Origin: Macrostomum lignano | Lineage: Eukaryota | Assembly (NCBI GenBank): GCA_002269645.1 | Contig: NIVC01002623.1 | Location: 1-64,000, forward strand | DNA length: 64,000 nt | Direction: 5' to 3' | In this document: positions 37,266 through 48,893 of the stretch, piece after piece | Layout of the letters: the number at the start of each line of letters is the position of its first letter | Numbering within the stretch: position 1 is the first letter of the stretch | Position numbers and translations under genes: made by a program | Notes under the pieces: model-generated | Databases searched by the model: none | The model's input: only the letters and a program-made list of their open reading frames with translations | What the model was told of the DNA's origin: nothing

Positions 37266-38723
37266 AGTGTCACATTAATTTGGGGGATAAATTGGAATCT
37301 CAGCTGGATGCAATTAACGCCCCTGACTGACCCCAAGGCACAGGGTAGCGTACGGATCTGCCTCTTAAAGTGTGACTGACAGGGTGCGCACAGCACCGGC
37401 CTCTAAATAATGACGACTGTTATTAATGATAACGAGCAGGCTATACAGTTAAATAATGAATAAATCAGTCAATGAGTTAATGATTTAATTCTAAACACAA
37501 ACAAGTAAAAATGGACTATTTTATCAGGACTTACGGTGCTACAAAAGCAGGACAATTTGGTTGAACTTTTAACAGACGGTGCTGCGGCGCTAAGGGCGGT
37601 CCAAGTAATCCTTCCTTTCTTGCGACTGCGAGCTATTAATCTGCCTGCTGTTGCAACTCAATGCATTGTTGGGGGGCGGGGGTAAAGCGGAGCGCGGCCT
37701 TGGCCCGGCCCAGACCCCTCAAAGGGGAAGGGTTAGAAAACGACGGGCGGGGAGTGTACATTGGCTAATGTACATTCTATTCCGCCTCTAGAGCCCAGAC
37801 TTTGTCATAAAATTTCCTGGAAATCGTTAATGCACATATCAGATACGCTCGTGTCTATAGCATAGAGCAGACAGACACCCCTTTGCAATCCTTCCATAAC
37901 GTCTCGACTATCGACCAAAACCGAGACTGCAGAGTCTGCGTTCGTTCGTACCATTGTCAATTTTCATTCCTTTTTCTACGAGTGTGCCTACATTCCTACA
38001 TTTCTAACTGCCAATAGTGAGTGGCTCTAGGCCAGTGTCTGAGTCTACCGTCGCGTACAGTGTACAAATACATTTTTGATGCCTGCCTTCCAAACAAACA
38101 ATACGAAAAAAGAATGTCTCTCTTTCGTGTTTTTGCTCTTCACCTCAAAAAATAGCTCGTAACTCGCTAAAAAACAAAAAACAGTGTAAACGCCGAACTA
38201 AATGCGAGACTAAATGCGAAATGGCAGACACTGAGCAGCGATGGCTGGCTGTATGCCTAGATCTTAGTTAATTTGAATGGCACACTCACTACTACTACTA
38301 AATAGTATCTAACGCGAAGCAATCATTGCATTGAATACAGATTGCATTTGAAAAATTAGAGAAATAAAATTAAACACAACAACGCGAATTTTATGAATAT
38401 ATGCCTAATTACTTTCATGTAGACTTTAATCGCTCTTAAAAATAATAAATTTAGGTGAGCCATTACTATACGCAGAATCGAAGTCTGCTGCCTATTAATT
38501 TTATTTATTTGACACGGAAACATATTTTAATGCTACTTCCACTTTTGGCCAGCTAAAACAAAAAATAGTTTGTGAATGTGACTACATATACTACTAACAA
38601 CTCATAGCTTTTTAAATTTAGCTACAGTAATCCTACAGAGAAAGACCGGTCTGCGCAATCTAGTTAAACTAAAATACAACGCATTTCCCTAAAGCCTAAA
38701 ACAAAAGAAAAGATCGAACTAGC

Positions 38724-40503
38724 CTACTTATTAGAGTAGCATTGAAAGCGCGCCGGACCGGACGCAATTTCGTCATTCTTCATGTGCAGATAGAATGATA
38801 TAATGTAGCGATGCGGACCGCGCGGCAGCTGGAGAGGCGACATGAACTCGCCCGACACGATCTGGGTTGGCGAGTCGCCCTCCCGGTCGGGTAGGTACAC
38901 TTCGCAGCTCAGAGGCAAACTGCCGAACTTGCTGTGCGGCTCGACAAGGAGCTGCCTCTCGTTCAGGTGCAATCGGAGCGCCTTGCGGCCATTCTCATTG
39001 CCGCTGGACGAGTTCCCAGTCAGCAGAGAGAAAGAAAAAGTTCCTGCCGAATGGGGACGGGAGAATGCCGAATTATTGGCAGTTATGCAGTCATAAAGCT
39101 CTGTAGAGCTTTCAACTTGGTATACTTTGCCCTTATTTCTGATTATCCATTCTATTGTCCATTGTTCTCTGTTAATGATCCTCTGGTCTATTTTTCCCTG
39201 GTCATGATCCTGTGGTCCATTTTTCCCTGGTCATGATCAGGGACTACTCAAACACCGGGACGGGAAACTAGAATTTTTTTACGAGGCTGGTCTTCTATCA
39301 GCAGTAGAAAATAACCATAGACAATAAAGTAACACAGCATCTCTCTAATGAAAATAATTGCCAGCCAGCCTCGTAAAAAAAATTTAGTTTCCCGTCCCGG
39401 TTTTTGAGTAGTCCCTGGTCATGATCCTCTGGTCTATTTTTCCCTGGTCATGATCCTTTGGTCCATTTTTCCCTGGTCATGATCCTCTGGTCCATTTTTC
39501 CCTGGTCATGATCCTCTGGTCCATTTTTCCCTGATCAATTGTCCTCTGGCCCATTGTTTCCTGATCCGCTGTGTCTACGGATCACCCCTTGCTCGTCAAC
39601 TCTTGTCATGTTCCAACGCACCATTGAGTGGCAAATCTTGCATCTCTCTGCTAAGACGCCGCTTGAGCGACTCGGATCTCTGGCGCACCACAACATGCAT
39701 TGGCAGGCTGCTTTGGTTGACAGCCATTACTCGGTCTGGATGCACTCGCAGGGTGAGCAAACGGTGCCGTCTAGCCTCACTTGTGTTGCTCTGGCAGATG
39801 AAGGAGGCCAGGCGAGTTTGCGGTCCTCTGGTTGTTACCAAAAACCTTTAAAGTCGAGAAAGTATTTCCCTTAGCAAGATAAAGTAAGTTTATTTCTGGA
39901 ATTTGTTAAGAGCCACATCAAGAAAAAACAACAGAAGGCTCACTTGAAATACTTTCCCTGCGAGCGTTCGAAGTGCACTGTCTTCTGAAGAAATCCGCAG
40001 AAGACCTGCCGCTCCGCTAGCTGAGACTCCGTCCGGACTGTATACGGCTTCATCTTCCAGATAATAATCTCCATTCGTTGTTTGAGAAACTTGAGCACTG
40101 GCTTCACCTCGACAAATTCTGTTGACACTTTAATCTGCATAAACTGCTTGTCATCAGCTTCATCCTCGCCAGTTTCCATCGAATACATCCGGTACACGTT
40201 AACATCAGGCTGCAGAGTCAACTGCAGCTGGTCCTCAGTCACCAAGCGGAGTCCGCGGCCTAGGCCAGGTCCATCCAGCCGAATCTGCTGCTCATCCGTG
40301 TTGGTGATCTGCAGGTGGTCATCGAGGATCACAACCTCCACAGCGCAACTGAACGTTGGTACTTCCGCAGTTGAACCGTCGATTTGCGCGTCCGAGTTGC
40401 TGCTAAAGTACTTTTCCGCGACGAGCATGTACACCACGGTGCCTAGCAGGAACAGGAAGATTCCCACCGAGGCAGCGAACACCGCTATGGTCAGTGCGGA
40501 CAT
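38724..40503 (-). CDS. Uncharacterised N-terminally membrane-anchored protein, 3 predicted exons (~374 aa)
   Basis: Exon 1 40503-39944 (TM AVFAASVGIFLFLLGTVVYMLV, donor GTGAGC). Exon 2 39845-39601 (phase 2 in). Exon 3 39043-38724 (polypyrimidine CAG acceptor, phase 1). Phases add to 1125 nt with no stop. The second donor (GTTGAC) is weak. Confidence 0.55.
39175..39535. repeat. 29-bp minisatellite (CTCTGGTCCATTTTTCCCTGGTCATGATC), intronic
   Basis: Units on both sides of the hAT MITE. Confidence 0.85.
39238..39418. mobile_element. hAT-type MITE, 181 bp
   Basis: ~40-bp TIRs CAGGGACTACTCAAACACCGGGACGGGAAACTA / TAGTTTCCCGTCCCGGTTTTTGAGTAGTCCCTG; 8-bp TSD GTCATGAT at 39230-39237 and 39419-39426. 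Confidence 0.9.
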
Positions 40504-41119
40504 TCAGCTGGTGGCCGGCGGCCTGCAGCAGCAACCTGCTGACATGAGGTTGTCGTAGCTTCTTCCTTTCTTCTCCAACCTTCTCTAACCCCAAATTCGG
40601 TTTGAAATGAATAAAGCCAAAACTCTGTTGTTCATCACTTCCGTTTGTCAAGCAAGCCATCTTCTCAATTGAAGACTTGACAGCTAGTTGGCAAAGTCTA
40701 TGGTAAAAAGCTGTGTTCTACGTTTTGACGTCTAAATCTTCTTGATCTGTTCCACCATTTACTATATAGAATAGAACATGTTTATGCAACCCAAGCCAAG
40801 GGCCCGTGTGCAGCCCTCATTGTTTTCAATTTGTCCTAAAACCGAGTAAAAAGTAATACTTGATCGAAGCCATTGAAGAAAAAGTTTTCTAGGCTGCCAG
40901 TGCAATACAAATGTTAGGTAATGTAATTATTAAGCATCAAGTACGCAACATCTAAGCTTGTGAAAATATGTTAGAAAGAATGCAGAAAATTTTAGAGAAA
41001 TAATAATAAAAACTGGTTGTTTCTTTGACTACCTTTGGAATGCAAAGAAGTATCCCCGTAGCTGGAAAACTAAGAGAAAAACTTCACGTCATGATCACAA
41101 CTAAATATCATCTCAATCC

Positions 41120-41775
41120 CAACCACCTCACCTCTCTATCCCAGTATCATCACTCCCAACATCCTCAATCCCAACATCCTCAATCCCAACATCCTCACTC
41201 CCAACATCCTCAATCCCAACATCCTCACTCCCAACATCCTCACTCCCAACATCCTCACTCCCAACATCCTCACTCCCAACATCCTCACTCCCAACATCCT
41301 CACTCCCAACATCCTCACTCCCAACATCCTCACTCCCAACATCCTCACTCCTAATATCCTCACTCCCAACATCCTCACTCCCAAACATTCTCAATCCCAG
41401 CATCCTCTCACTCCCAACATACTCAATCCAAGCATCCTCACTCCCAACATCCTCACTCACAGCATCCTCTCTCCCAGCATCCTCAATCCCAGTGTAATAT
41501 TTTATTCCTTGCCTTAGAGGCAGTCTGAACTGTTAGCAATCGTGACAAATAATTAGCTGAATCATCGTATTGATTTAATGTACGTTCGCTCTCTATGTAC
41601 ATCGCAGGCTTAACTTCAACTTGCATAAATAAAGCGATCACGGCCTCACGGGGCCTTCGTGTTTTTGGGTGCTGCCAAATACCGCGTGTTACACCAGTAT
41701 CCTCACTCCCAACATACTCAATCCAAGCATCCTCACTCCCAACATCCTCAATCCAAGCATCCTCACTCCAATCCT
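41120..41775. repeat. 15-bp tandem repeat (CCCAACATCCTCACT) in two blocks (~41120-41490, ~41695-41775)
   Basis: Read directly; lies just downstream of the GT32 stop. Confidence 0.9.
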
Positions 41776-41824
41776 CAATTCTTAAATTCTCACTCTCCCT
41801 CAGGTGGCACTAAAGTCGCTACTG

Positions 41825-42794
41825 TCAGACAAGGCGACCAGATTTCCACACCTGAGTGTGGAACTGCAGCACGTAGGAGTGGCGATGCTTCCACTGGCAA
41901 AGTGCCTCCTCTTCGTCCGTCATCCGGTTGAGATCGCGGCACGGCCCAGCCGTGACATTGTCCACCACCCAGGAAAATGGATTAAACTCGCGGGCGGGGG
42001 CCAGGCAGATTCCGCTGGCTGGGTCCATGGCAGCTACCCTCAGTGCCCGCGTCAAAGCCACGGGGCCGCAGATCTCCTCGGGAATGCCGCCGCCGGCGCC
42101 AGCAGCCTCGGCAATCTCGGCGGCCATTACGTTCGCTTTGACGCCTCGCAGCAGGCGAAGCCAAAACGGATGTCCCGGCTCGGCCGAATAGAGGAACGAA
42201 TTCTCGTAGTAGCCGAAGCTGTCGCCTGGCCCGCGCAGGGTGCGCATCCGGCCGACCAGAACTCGGCAGTCGGCGAGCCGGTGCTCGAAGCTTCGCAGGC
42301 ACACGTTGTCCAGGTCGGTGTAGATGCCGCCGAATTTGTACATGTAGATATACCTGCGGCCATAGTGGGGGCAATCAAATTACGGTGTGGAGGTTGCATC
42401 CTACCTTGCTAAACAAGTCTACCTACCTTGCAACATCGGCACGGCAAATCGGGTGCCGTCGCAGACCCCGGATGTAGGTGTCGAGGAACCAGGGTGCCGC
42501 CCGCCGCACCAGCGACTCATTCATTTCATCCGTCCACAGCAGATGGCGCCAGGTTGGAAAGCACTGGCGCCAACTGTTTCGCCAGCGATCAAAGCGAGGC
42601 GTCAGAGTTGAAGTTTTCCAGCTCTGATGCACGATGCGACTCCCGTCGTGATGAGGCAACAGCGGCTGCTGAAGTTTTGGAGGCGCCGGCAGAGGATTTC
42701 GCGTGGCGATGAAGGTCAGAACCCCGACCACGGCAAGCAGCTCGGCGAAAACGCACGCAAACAGGCGCTGCCCAGAGACTTTCAGCAGTGCCAT
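41825..42794 (-). CDS. GT32-family (DXD, OCH1/SUR1/alpha-1,4-transferase-like) glycosyltransferase, 298 aa, two exons
   Basis: Exon 1 42794-42427, intron GTAGGT...CCGCAG 42426-42354 (73 nt), exon 2 42353-41825. N-terminal TM, IVHQSWK, LWTDE, RADVARYIYMYKFGGIYTDLD, ENSFLYSAEPGHPFW, CGPVALT. Confidence 0.9.
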
Positions 42795-42818
42795 GGCCAG
42801 AGCTGCGCCCGCGAACTC

Positions 42819-42820
<2 letters not shown>

Positions 42821-42857
<37 letters not shown>
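42821..42857. repeat. (CT)n microsatellite just upstream of the GT32 start
   Basis: Read directly. Confidence 0.9.
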
Positions 42858-42861
<4 letters not shown>

Positions 42862-44150
42862 ATCCTTCTCGTGCTTTATGGCTGCAGATTTTAAAATTCA
42901 TGAATTCCGGCCTCGCTGAAGAGTACCAGGGCCAGAAGAAACGCGGAAAGAAGGACGAATGAAGAAAGCTCCGACCACCGCCCCTATGATTCGGGAACCA
43001 AATCCCAGCTCCCTCCAGTTTTCATCTCTTCCCTTTTCATCTCGCCCTCTCCCATTTGCCTCGGCTTTATTTCTCTTCTGCACGCAAAGAGAATCGCATA
43101 AAAAGTAAGAGAAAGAGAGGGCGAGTGGCACAACCGCACTCAGTGAGAGATGAGCACCGAGGACGAACGAGTGAATGAGAGGGGCCGAGGAAGGAGCTGT
43201 CGCTCCTCCACCATTCCTATTCCATGCAGTTTTTGCGGGCTTCGACATCTATTGAGAGCAGGACAGGCCTGAGAGGATGCACCATTTCCCATCCATCCCA
43301 TAGTGAATGCAGGCTCACAATATTTCCCCGGAGACTGGGGATTTCGAGCTCGGAAGGATTATTTCCCTGATCCCCATCCCGTTGCACTCCTTTTTGGAGT
43401 GAAAGCCTAGTCGGCATCTTCAATAACATCTGCCGCGATCTGTTCTTGAATGGCTGTCTGATGCTAATCTGGACTATTCTTCTATTTTTCACTATGATTT
43501 GAAAGAGAATGCTTCGAGGTATTTTTTCTCTGCTTGATGCATGGCAATTAGGATATTTTCCCTGATAAGATCTGTTCAAAGCGATGTTGAAATGTCTTCT
43601 AAAAATGAAAAATGATGATTTTAGCATGCTTTTACAATTACGGAGCGTCATACCAAAACCGAAAGATATTTTTTATCAAAGCGCAAAATAAAATGCGCCT
43701 GTTTTAAAATTTCTACTGCAAGTAGACACCTGGCATATTTTTCTTCAAGTTTCAGATAGGAAAGAGCGGAGATGAAAGCAGATTGCGTATTTTTTAAACT
43801 CTGCCCCAGGTAACGGGCCTTTTTGAGTACTCTTTTGAATGGCCGAGTGGATTGGACAGACAGAAGTGTAGGGTGTCTGGGCTACAGGGTAAGGAGGGAT
43901 AGGGAGGTTTAGAAAAATTGTACTGGAAAGTGAACGAGGAGGTTGGGTTGTAAGAAAAGCAAGTTCGTTTTGTGTACCAAGAGGCTGAACATACAAGCGC
44001 TAATAAGGCGTTGCATGGCAACTGAGAGGGGGAGATAGTACAGCGATGCAGGCCAAGAGAGTATTTTTGCTTGCCCTCGACCAGCTCAGACCAGCTCAGA
44101 CTAGCCACACATCGGAACTATTCCTAGGCTTTTCTAATCAACGGTAAAAT

Positions 44151-45209
44151 ATGCTTTGTTTCCGGCTTATATTGTCGTTAGCCCTGCTTGCCACTTGGTT
44201 CGGATCTGGAAATGCAGCAAACAAACTCGAAATACTGCGCCAGAGGATTCGCAACGATGAGCGACGGCTGAGCAAGGACTTCAACGCGCTGCAGGCAATG
44301 ATGCTTTCAGGGACCATCAAAAATGCACCTGTGAGAAACTGGGGTCCGAGAGCGACTCAGCGTCCTTATTACAGGCCGCACCCTGTCCTGCCGACAAATG
44401 CACCTGTGAGAAACTGGGGTCCCAGAGCGACTCAGCGTCCTTATTACAGACCGCAGATTGCCATGCCGACAAATGCACCTGTGAGAAACTGGGGTCCCAG
44501 AGCGACTCAGCGTCCTTATTACAGGCCGCACCCTGTCCTGCCGACAAATGCACCTGTGAGAAATTGGGGTCCCAGAGCGACTCAGCGTCCTTATTACAGA
44601 CCGCAGATTGCCATGCCGACAAATGCACCTGTGAGAAACTGGGGTCCCAGAGCGACTCAGCGTCCTTATTACAGACCGCAGATTGCCATGCCGACAAATG
44701 CACCTGGCCCGTCCCAGCGAAAACCTAATTATAATTGGCAGTCTCGTAACAACCCGACCAAAATCACAAATACTAATGGACAAACCGACCGGAATGTCAA
44801 TCGTGTCAAAGCAGGCCGACCAAATGTCGCCAGCACGCCGAGCAGCAAAATCTTCATTCAAAAAACATACAATGTGCACGGCCGTTACCAAGTGACTCAA
44901 ACCGTTCGGAATAGTACAAGTACCAACAGCAGCATTTTTGTGCACTACGTCTGCAACAGTCGGGGCGTCTGCGTCCGCCACTACACCGTAGGCTTCTACT
45001 CCACTGTGTCCGTCGGTGGAGTTGTCCTGCTCATGCTCATTATCTGTGCTGCCGTCATCGTTCGCCGCAGGCGATTGGTTGTTCAGCAGTACTCTGTCCT
45101 GTCTGACACGGATGCTCAGCACATGATGGGTGGCACTATGAGAGTTGGCCCCCTGCCCGGCCAGGGGCTGTCCGTGCAGAGCGACCCGGTGATCGTGGGC
45201 CAAGTCTGA
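44151..45209 (+). CDS. Type I membrane protein C (352 aa) with five 25-aa R/P/Y-rich ectodomain repeats
   Basis: Signal MLCFRLILSLALLATWFGSG; NAPVRNWGPRATQRPYYRP[HPVL/QIAM]PT x5 (75 bp); S/T/N-rich stalk; FVHYVCNSRGVCVRHYTVGFY; TM; RRRR stop-transfer; AATAAA ~45265. Confidence 0.85.
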   Translation: MLCFRLILSLALLATWFGSGNAANKLEILRQRIRNDERRLSKDFNALQAMMLSGTIKNAPVRNWGPRATQRPYYRPHPVLPTNAPVRNWGPRATQRPYYRPQIAMPTNAPVRNWGPRATQRPYYRPHPVLPTNAPVRNWGPRATQRPYYRPQIAMPTNAPVRNWGPRATQRPYYRPQIAMPTNAPGPSQRKPNYNWQSRNNPTKITNTNGQTDRNVNRVKAGRPNVASTPSSKIFIQKTYNVHGRYQVTQTVRNSTSTNSSIFVHYVCNSRGVCVRHYTVGFYSTVSVGGVVLLMLIICAAVIVRRRRLVVQQYSVLSDTDAQHMMGGTMRVGPLPGQGLSVQSDPVIVGQV

Positions 45210-46276
45210 TGCAGCAGCTAGGCAGAGAAAGTGAGCCCCAAATATTTTCCATCCTATTTATTAGAATAAAAAAACTACATTACAATACACTCACCGTTCA
45301 TGACACTTTTCTTACCTTGTACTGTTTTAGAAAAGCACTAAAGGCGCTGACCAGCATGTTGAATTGCGTTCAAAAAGTTCAACGCGATCAAGAAACTTTT
45401 TCACTCGAGTATCTGATAGAGTTACGATTGGAGTTTTGAAGTAGACATGAGAGAATAACTATACTTTTTATATGTAGCATTATTAGTACTTTGTGCACTC
45501 AAAATGTACTTTTAAACGAATTTCGATTCCACAATAACAAATAGTGAATCTTAGTTGATGACTCCAATTTTGTACCTGCCCCTGAAAGAAAATCTTTCCC
45601 TGATGACGATGATAGCTTTTCCTGTTACAGGCCTTGCCATACTTTCTAACAAGTTTGAAATGTACTTTTTATCATTCTACTGCTGGAGTAGAACTTGCCA
45701 CCAACTTTTGAAAAAATAAATTAGTTAATTATCAAAATCAAAGCAAGCAAACCCTGAAATTGCGTCATTTATTTAAACTACTGTCCGCTATTTTTAGCTG
45801 CAACATTGTGAGAACTATCTGAGTACGGCTAACGGCGCAGGTCAGGCACCGAAGTACGCACCACCTGCAATGCGCCCCCCTCCCACCCTATAGGGCTCAG
45901 AAATTCAGAGGAATAAACCTGCAAGGAAGCAAAGTCTAATTAAGGGGCTGGAAGAGGTAAGGTAGAGGAAATTTGAGTAGGCACACGGGAAGAGCTAGAA
46001 CAATCGAAGTAGGCTGAGCCTATACAATTGCACACGCAATGCATGGCAAAGCTACAGTAGCTCCCATCCATTTCAGTCAGAAATCAAAGGCGAGGTGACA
46101 ATTTGACCTGGACGGCTGACAGGTGGAGAGGAGGCCCGCACAGGAGGACAGTAAACGAACGCAGAACTGCATTGAGCTCCCCCCAGATGCTCTAACGCAA
46201 CCAGAGCAAATCCGCTAAGTCAAACCGTCTAGCCCTTGGTCGCCCACGTAGTTACGGGCATGTCCAGTGCTGTTTT

Positions 46277-46445
46277 GTGTTAGGGAAGCGGTTCTCCACC
46301 TCATTGTTAGGGAAGCGGTTCTCCACCTCATTGTTAGGGAAGCGGTTCTCCACCTCATTGTTAGGGAAGTTAGGGAACCGCTTCCTCATTGTTAGGGAAG
46401 CGGTTCTCCACCTCATTGTTAGGGAAGCGGTTCTCCACCTCATCG
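46277..46445. repeat. 27-bp tandem repeat x~5-6 (GTTAGGGAAGCGGTTCTCCACCTCATT)
   Basis: Read directly. Confidence 0.85.
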
Positions 46446-48893
46446 GCGGCAGGGGATGAAATTGTAGGAAATCTATAAAGTGTACTGTTTTGAGCCCTAT
46501 AAAGCGGCAAATTCCCCGGTTTTGGTTAAGAGTTGCACTCAAAATCTTTCCGAGTGACTCAAGTTCTTTAAGGCGCTAGCAAAGACCAGCCTTAGGCGAT
46601 CTCTATTTTAAGTCTCTATAAGACCTAGGCAGAACTGCATCGAGATCTTATAAGAAGACAGAGCTTACACACCCTTTACCATCGCCTGACAACAGTACAA
46701 GTACAAAGTTGAATAGGCGAGTGAGAAAATCTTTCACACTTTTAAAGAGTGAAATAAAATGAATGATGCAGAGAAGACACTCTTGCCCTTTATTAATCCT
46801 GCCCGAGCTCGTCATGCAGCTGAGACCTGTTGCTGCAAGTGATGAAAGCCCATGCATGCAGTCAGAATTTGATACATGGGTCTTCTTCGAATTTAATTCA
46901 TTGTTTTTTTCTTAGAGGGCAGAAGGTGATAATGTCACAAAATAATCTCTCGTATTTAGTGGTTTACTAAAATTGCAAAATGCATTATCAAATTTTTGTG
47001 CGTAAAGCTAGTTAATAGTGCTAAAAATAGTTTGGTGAGGGGAAAAGACAAACGAGTGTGGTGATTCCATTATTTTCACTTATTCGATTGTTTTAAGGAA
47101 ACCTGCTCTAGCTTTGTGCCACAGAAGCTTTAAACAATTTTTCAATATTTGATCGTGCTACACTTACGTCCTGATACATGTAAAACGGCAACTTTTAGAT
47201 TTTCTAGGGTCCTTTTGACGGTTTTTACGAAGGAAAAATAGTGCAAAGGCTCATTTACACTACAATCACACTCTTGTATCTTGTACATCAATTTTGATTC
47301 CTTCATGCATTTCAAACGTCGTGAAATTATGTGGCTCATAGATATAGCAGACGTGTGAATGAGCCCTAAACGCACTTGAAATACATGGAATTGTAATATA
47401 AAATTCATTTGTCTAAAGTAAATGACGTTGGAATTTTTTCAAACGTTTCTATGTTTGTTGCAAAGGCTACAAAGACCGATTGTTTTTACTCTTTGGTTTA
47501 TTATAATTGCTAACGAAATTTTAAATTGTTTGTTTCGAGGAAAACTACGCAAAATTTTGTTAGAGTAAGCAAGCAAGCGTACTTAGCACAGAGAGTATTG
47601 TAATAATTTATGGAGTTATTAATTATAGTTATTAAGGCCTTACTAAATTACTAATCCATCAGGCTATTAAACTGTAAAACACACGGAGTTTTAAAATAAG
47701 AATAATAATATAAAATAAAAATAATAATAATAATAATAATAATGTCATATAATGCGTTCAGGATATCATAACATTCACGGGGTGCATGCATCCAAATCGA
47801 GAGAATTCTAGATTGGAGCGTTGGCCGTTGGAGGGTGGCAGAATTCTGAGAATTCTACAATACAAATTTAGAGGCTATAACTAACTGAATTGGGGGTTGA
47901 CCCATGGGGCATGGGCCCTGACCCGACACTTTTTTCCAGATTGGCATTAACATTCAACTAAATGAAGGTGCAAACTTGTGATTGTCTATCAGCATCACCT
48001 ATCTTTTCTTGAGATATAATCCTGTTCCTATAAGCTATCCTAAAATACAAATGCATGCTTTGCCTAGGAAAAAATATTTTAATGAAAAATGGTTTTATTC
48101 CTAATTTTATTTATAATCAGTGGCAGTGTGGCACAACCAGGGGATGGGGGTGGTTGCCCCCTTTTAGGCAGAGACTGGAAAAAAATTAAAGGGGGGACCA
48201 AGCAAATTTTCACCAAAACAGAGCCACCCCTCTGCCCCCCTCCCAGGTCTTTACTTTCCAGAATCTGCCCCCCCCTTAAAAATTTCTGGTTGTGTTACTA
48301 TCTTATAAATATAAGTTATATCTTTATCTTTTATATTTAATTTGTCTAAAAAATTCTATTTGTCATTTAAAATTGAAGGTTATTAGGAAAATTTTTATTT
48401 ATTTATTTCTTATTTATATTTAATTTAACCAATTCAATTTAATAAAAGCCTTTTTAATTATTTACAACATAATTATTATAAAAATGAGTAGTGCTAGGCT
48501 TTATTAAGCCATATATATATATGTATATTACTATTAGGTCTGTGTTAGTTTTGTGTTATGTGTATATATATTTATATTCTTATCTCTTAATGCTATAGGG
48601 CCTTTATTTATTTCCTATTTATAATTGAATTTTAATCAAAATTCTGAAATTATACAGATACATCTTCAATTTTGTTATTTATCCTTTGTTTATTACAAGT
48701 TATACTAGCTAGATAAATATAGCAATCACCCAATATATAATTAAAAGAAGTAGATTTAAAGAATGAAGGTAAAATAATAAAACTTTGAACCAATTTTTGT
48801 TAGATTTGTTTCTTTATTAGTGCTTTCTACTTAAAAAGAAATTTGATAATTTTTAGAATACATTTGAATTTTTTCTTAATTGCATGCAATGAA

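Noticed and set aside
43217-43651. ORF containing SLHSLWDG (S1/P1-nuclease-like word)
   Set aside because: Other nuclease zinc-binding motifs are absent or in the wrong order; TTG/GTG-type start and AT-rich 5' half.
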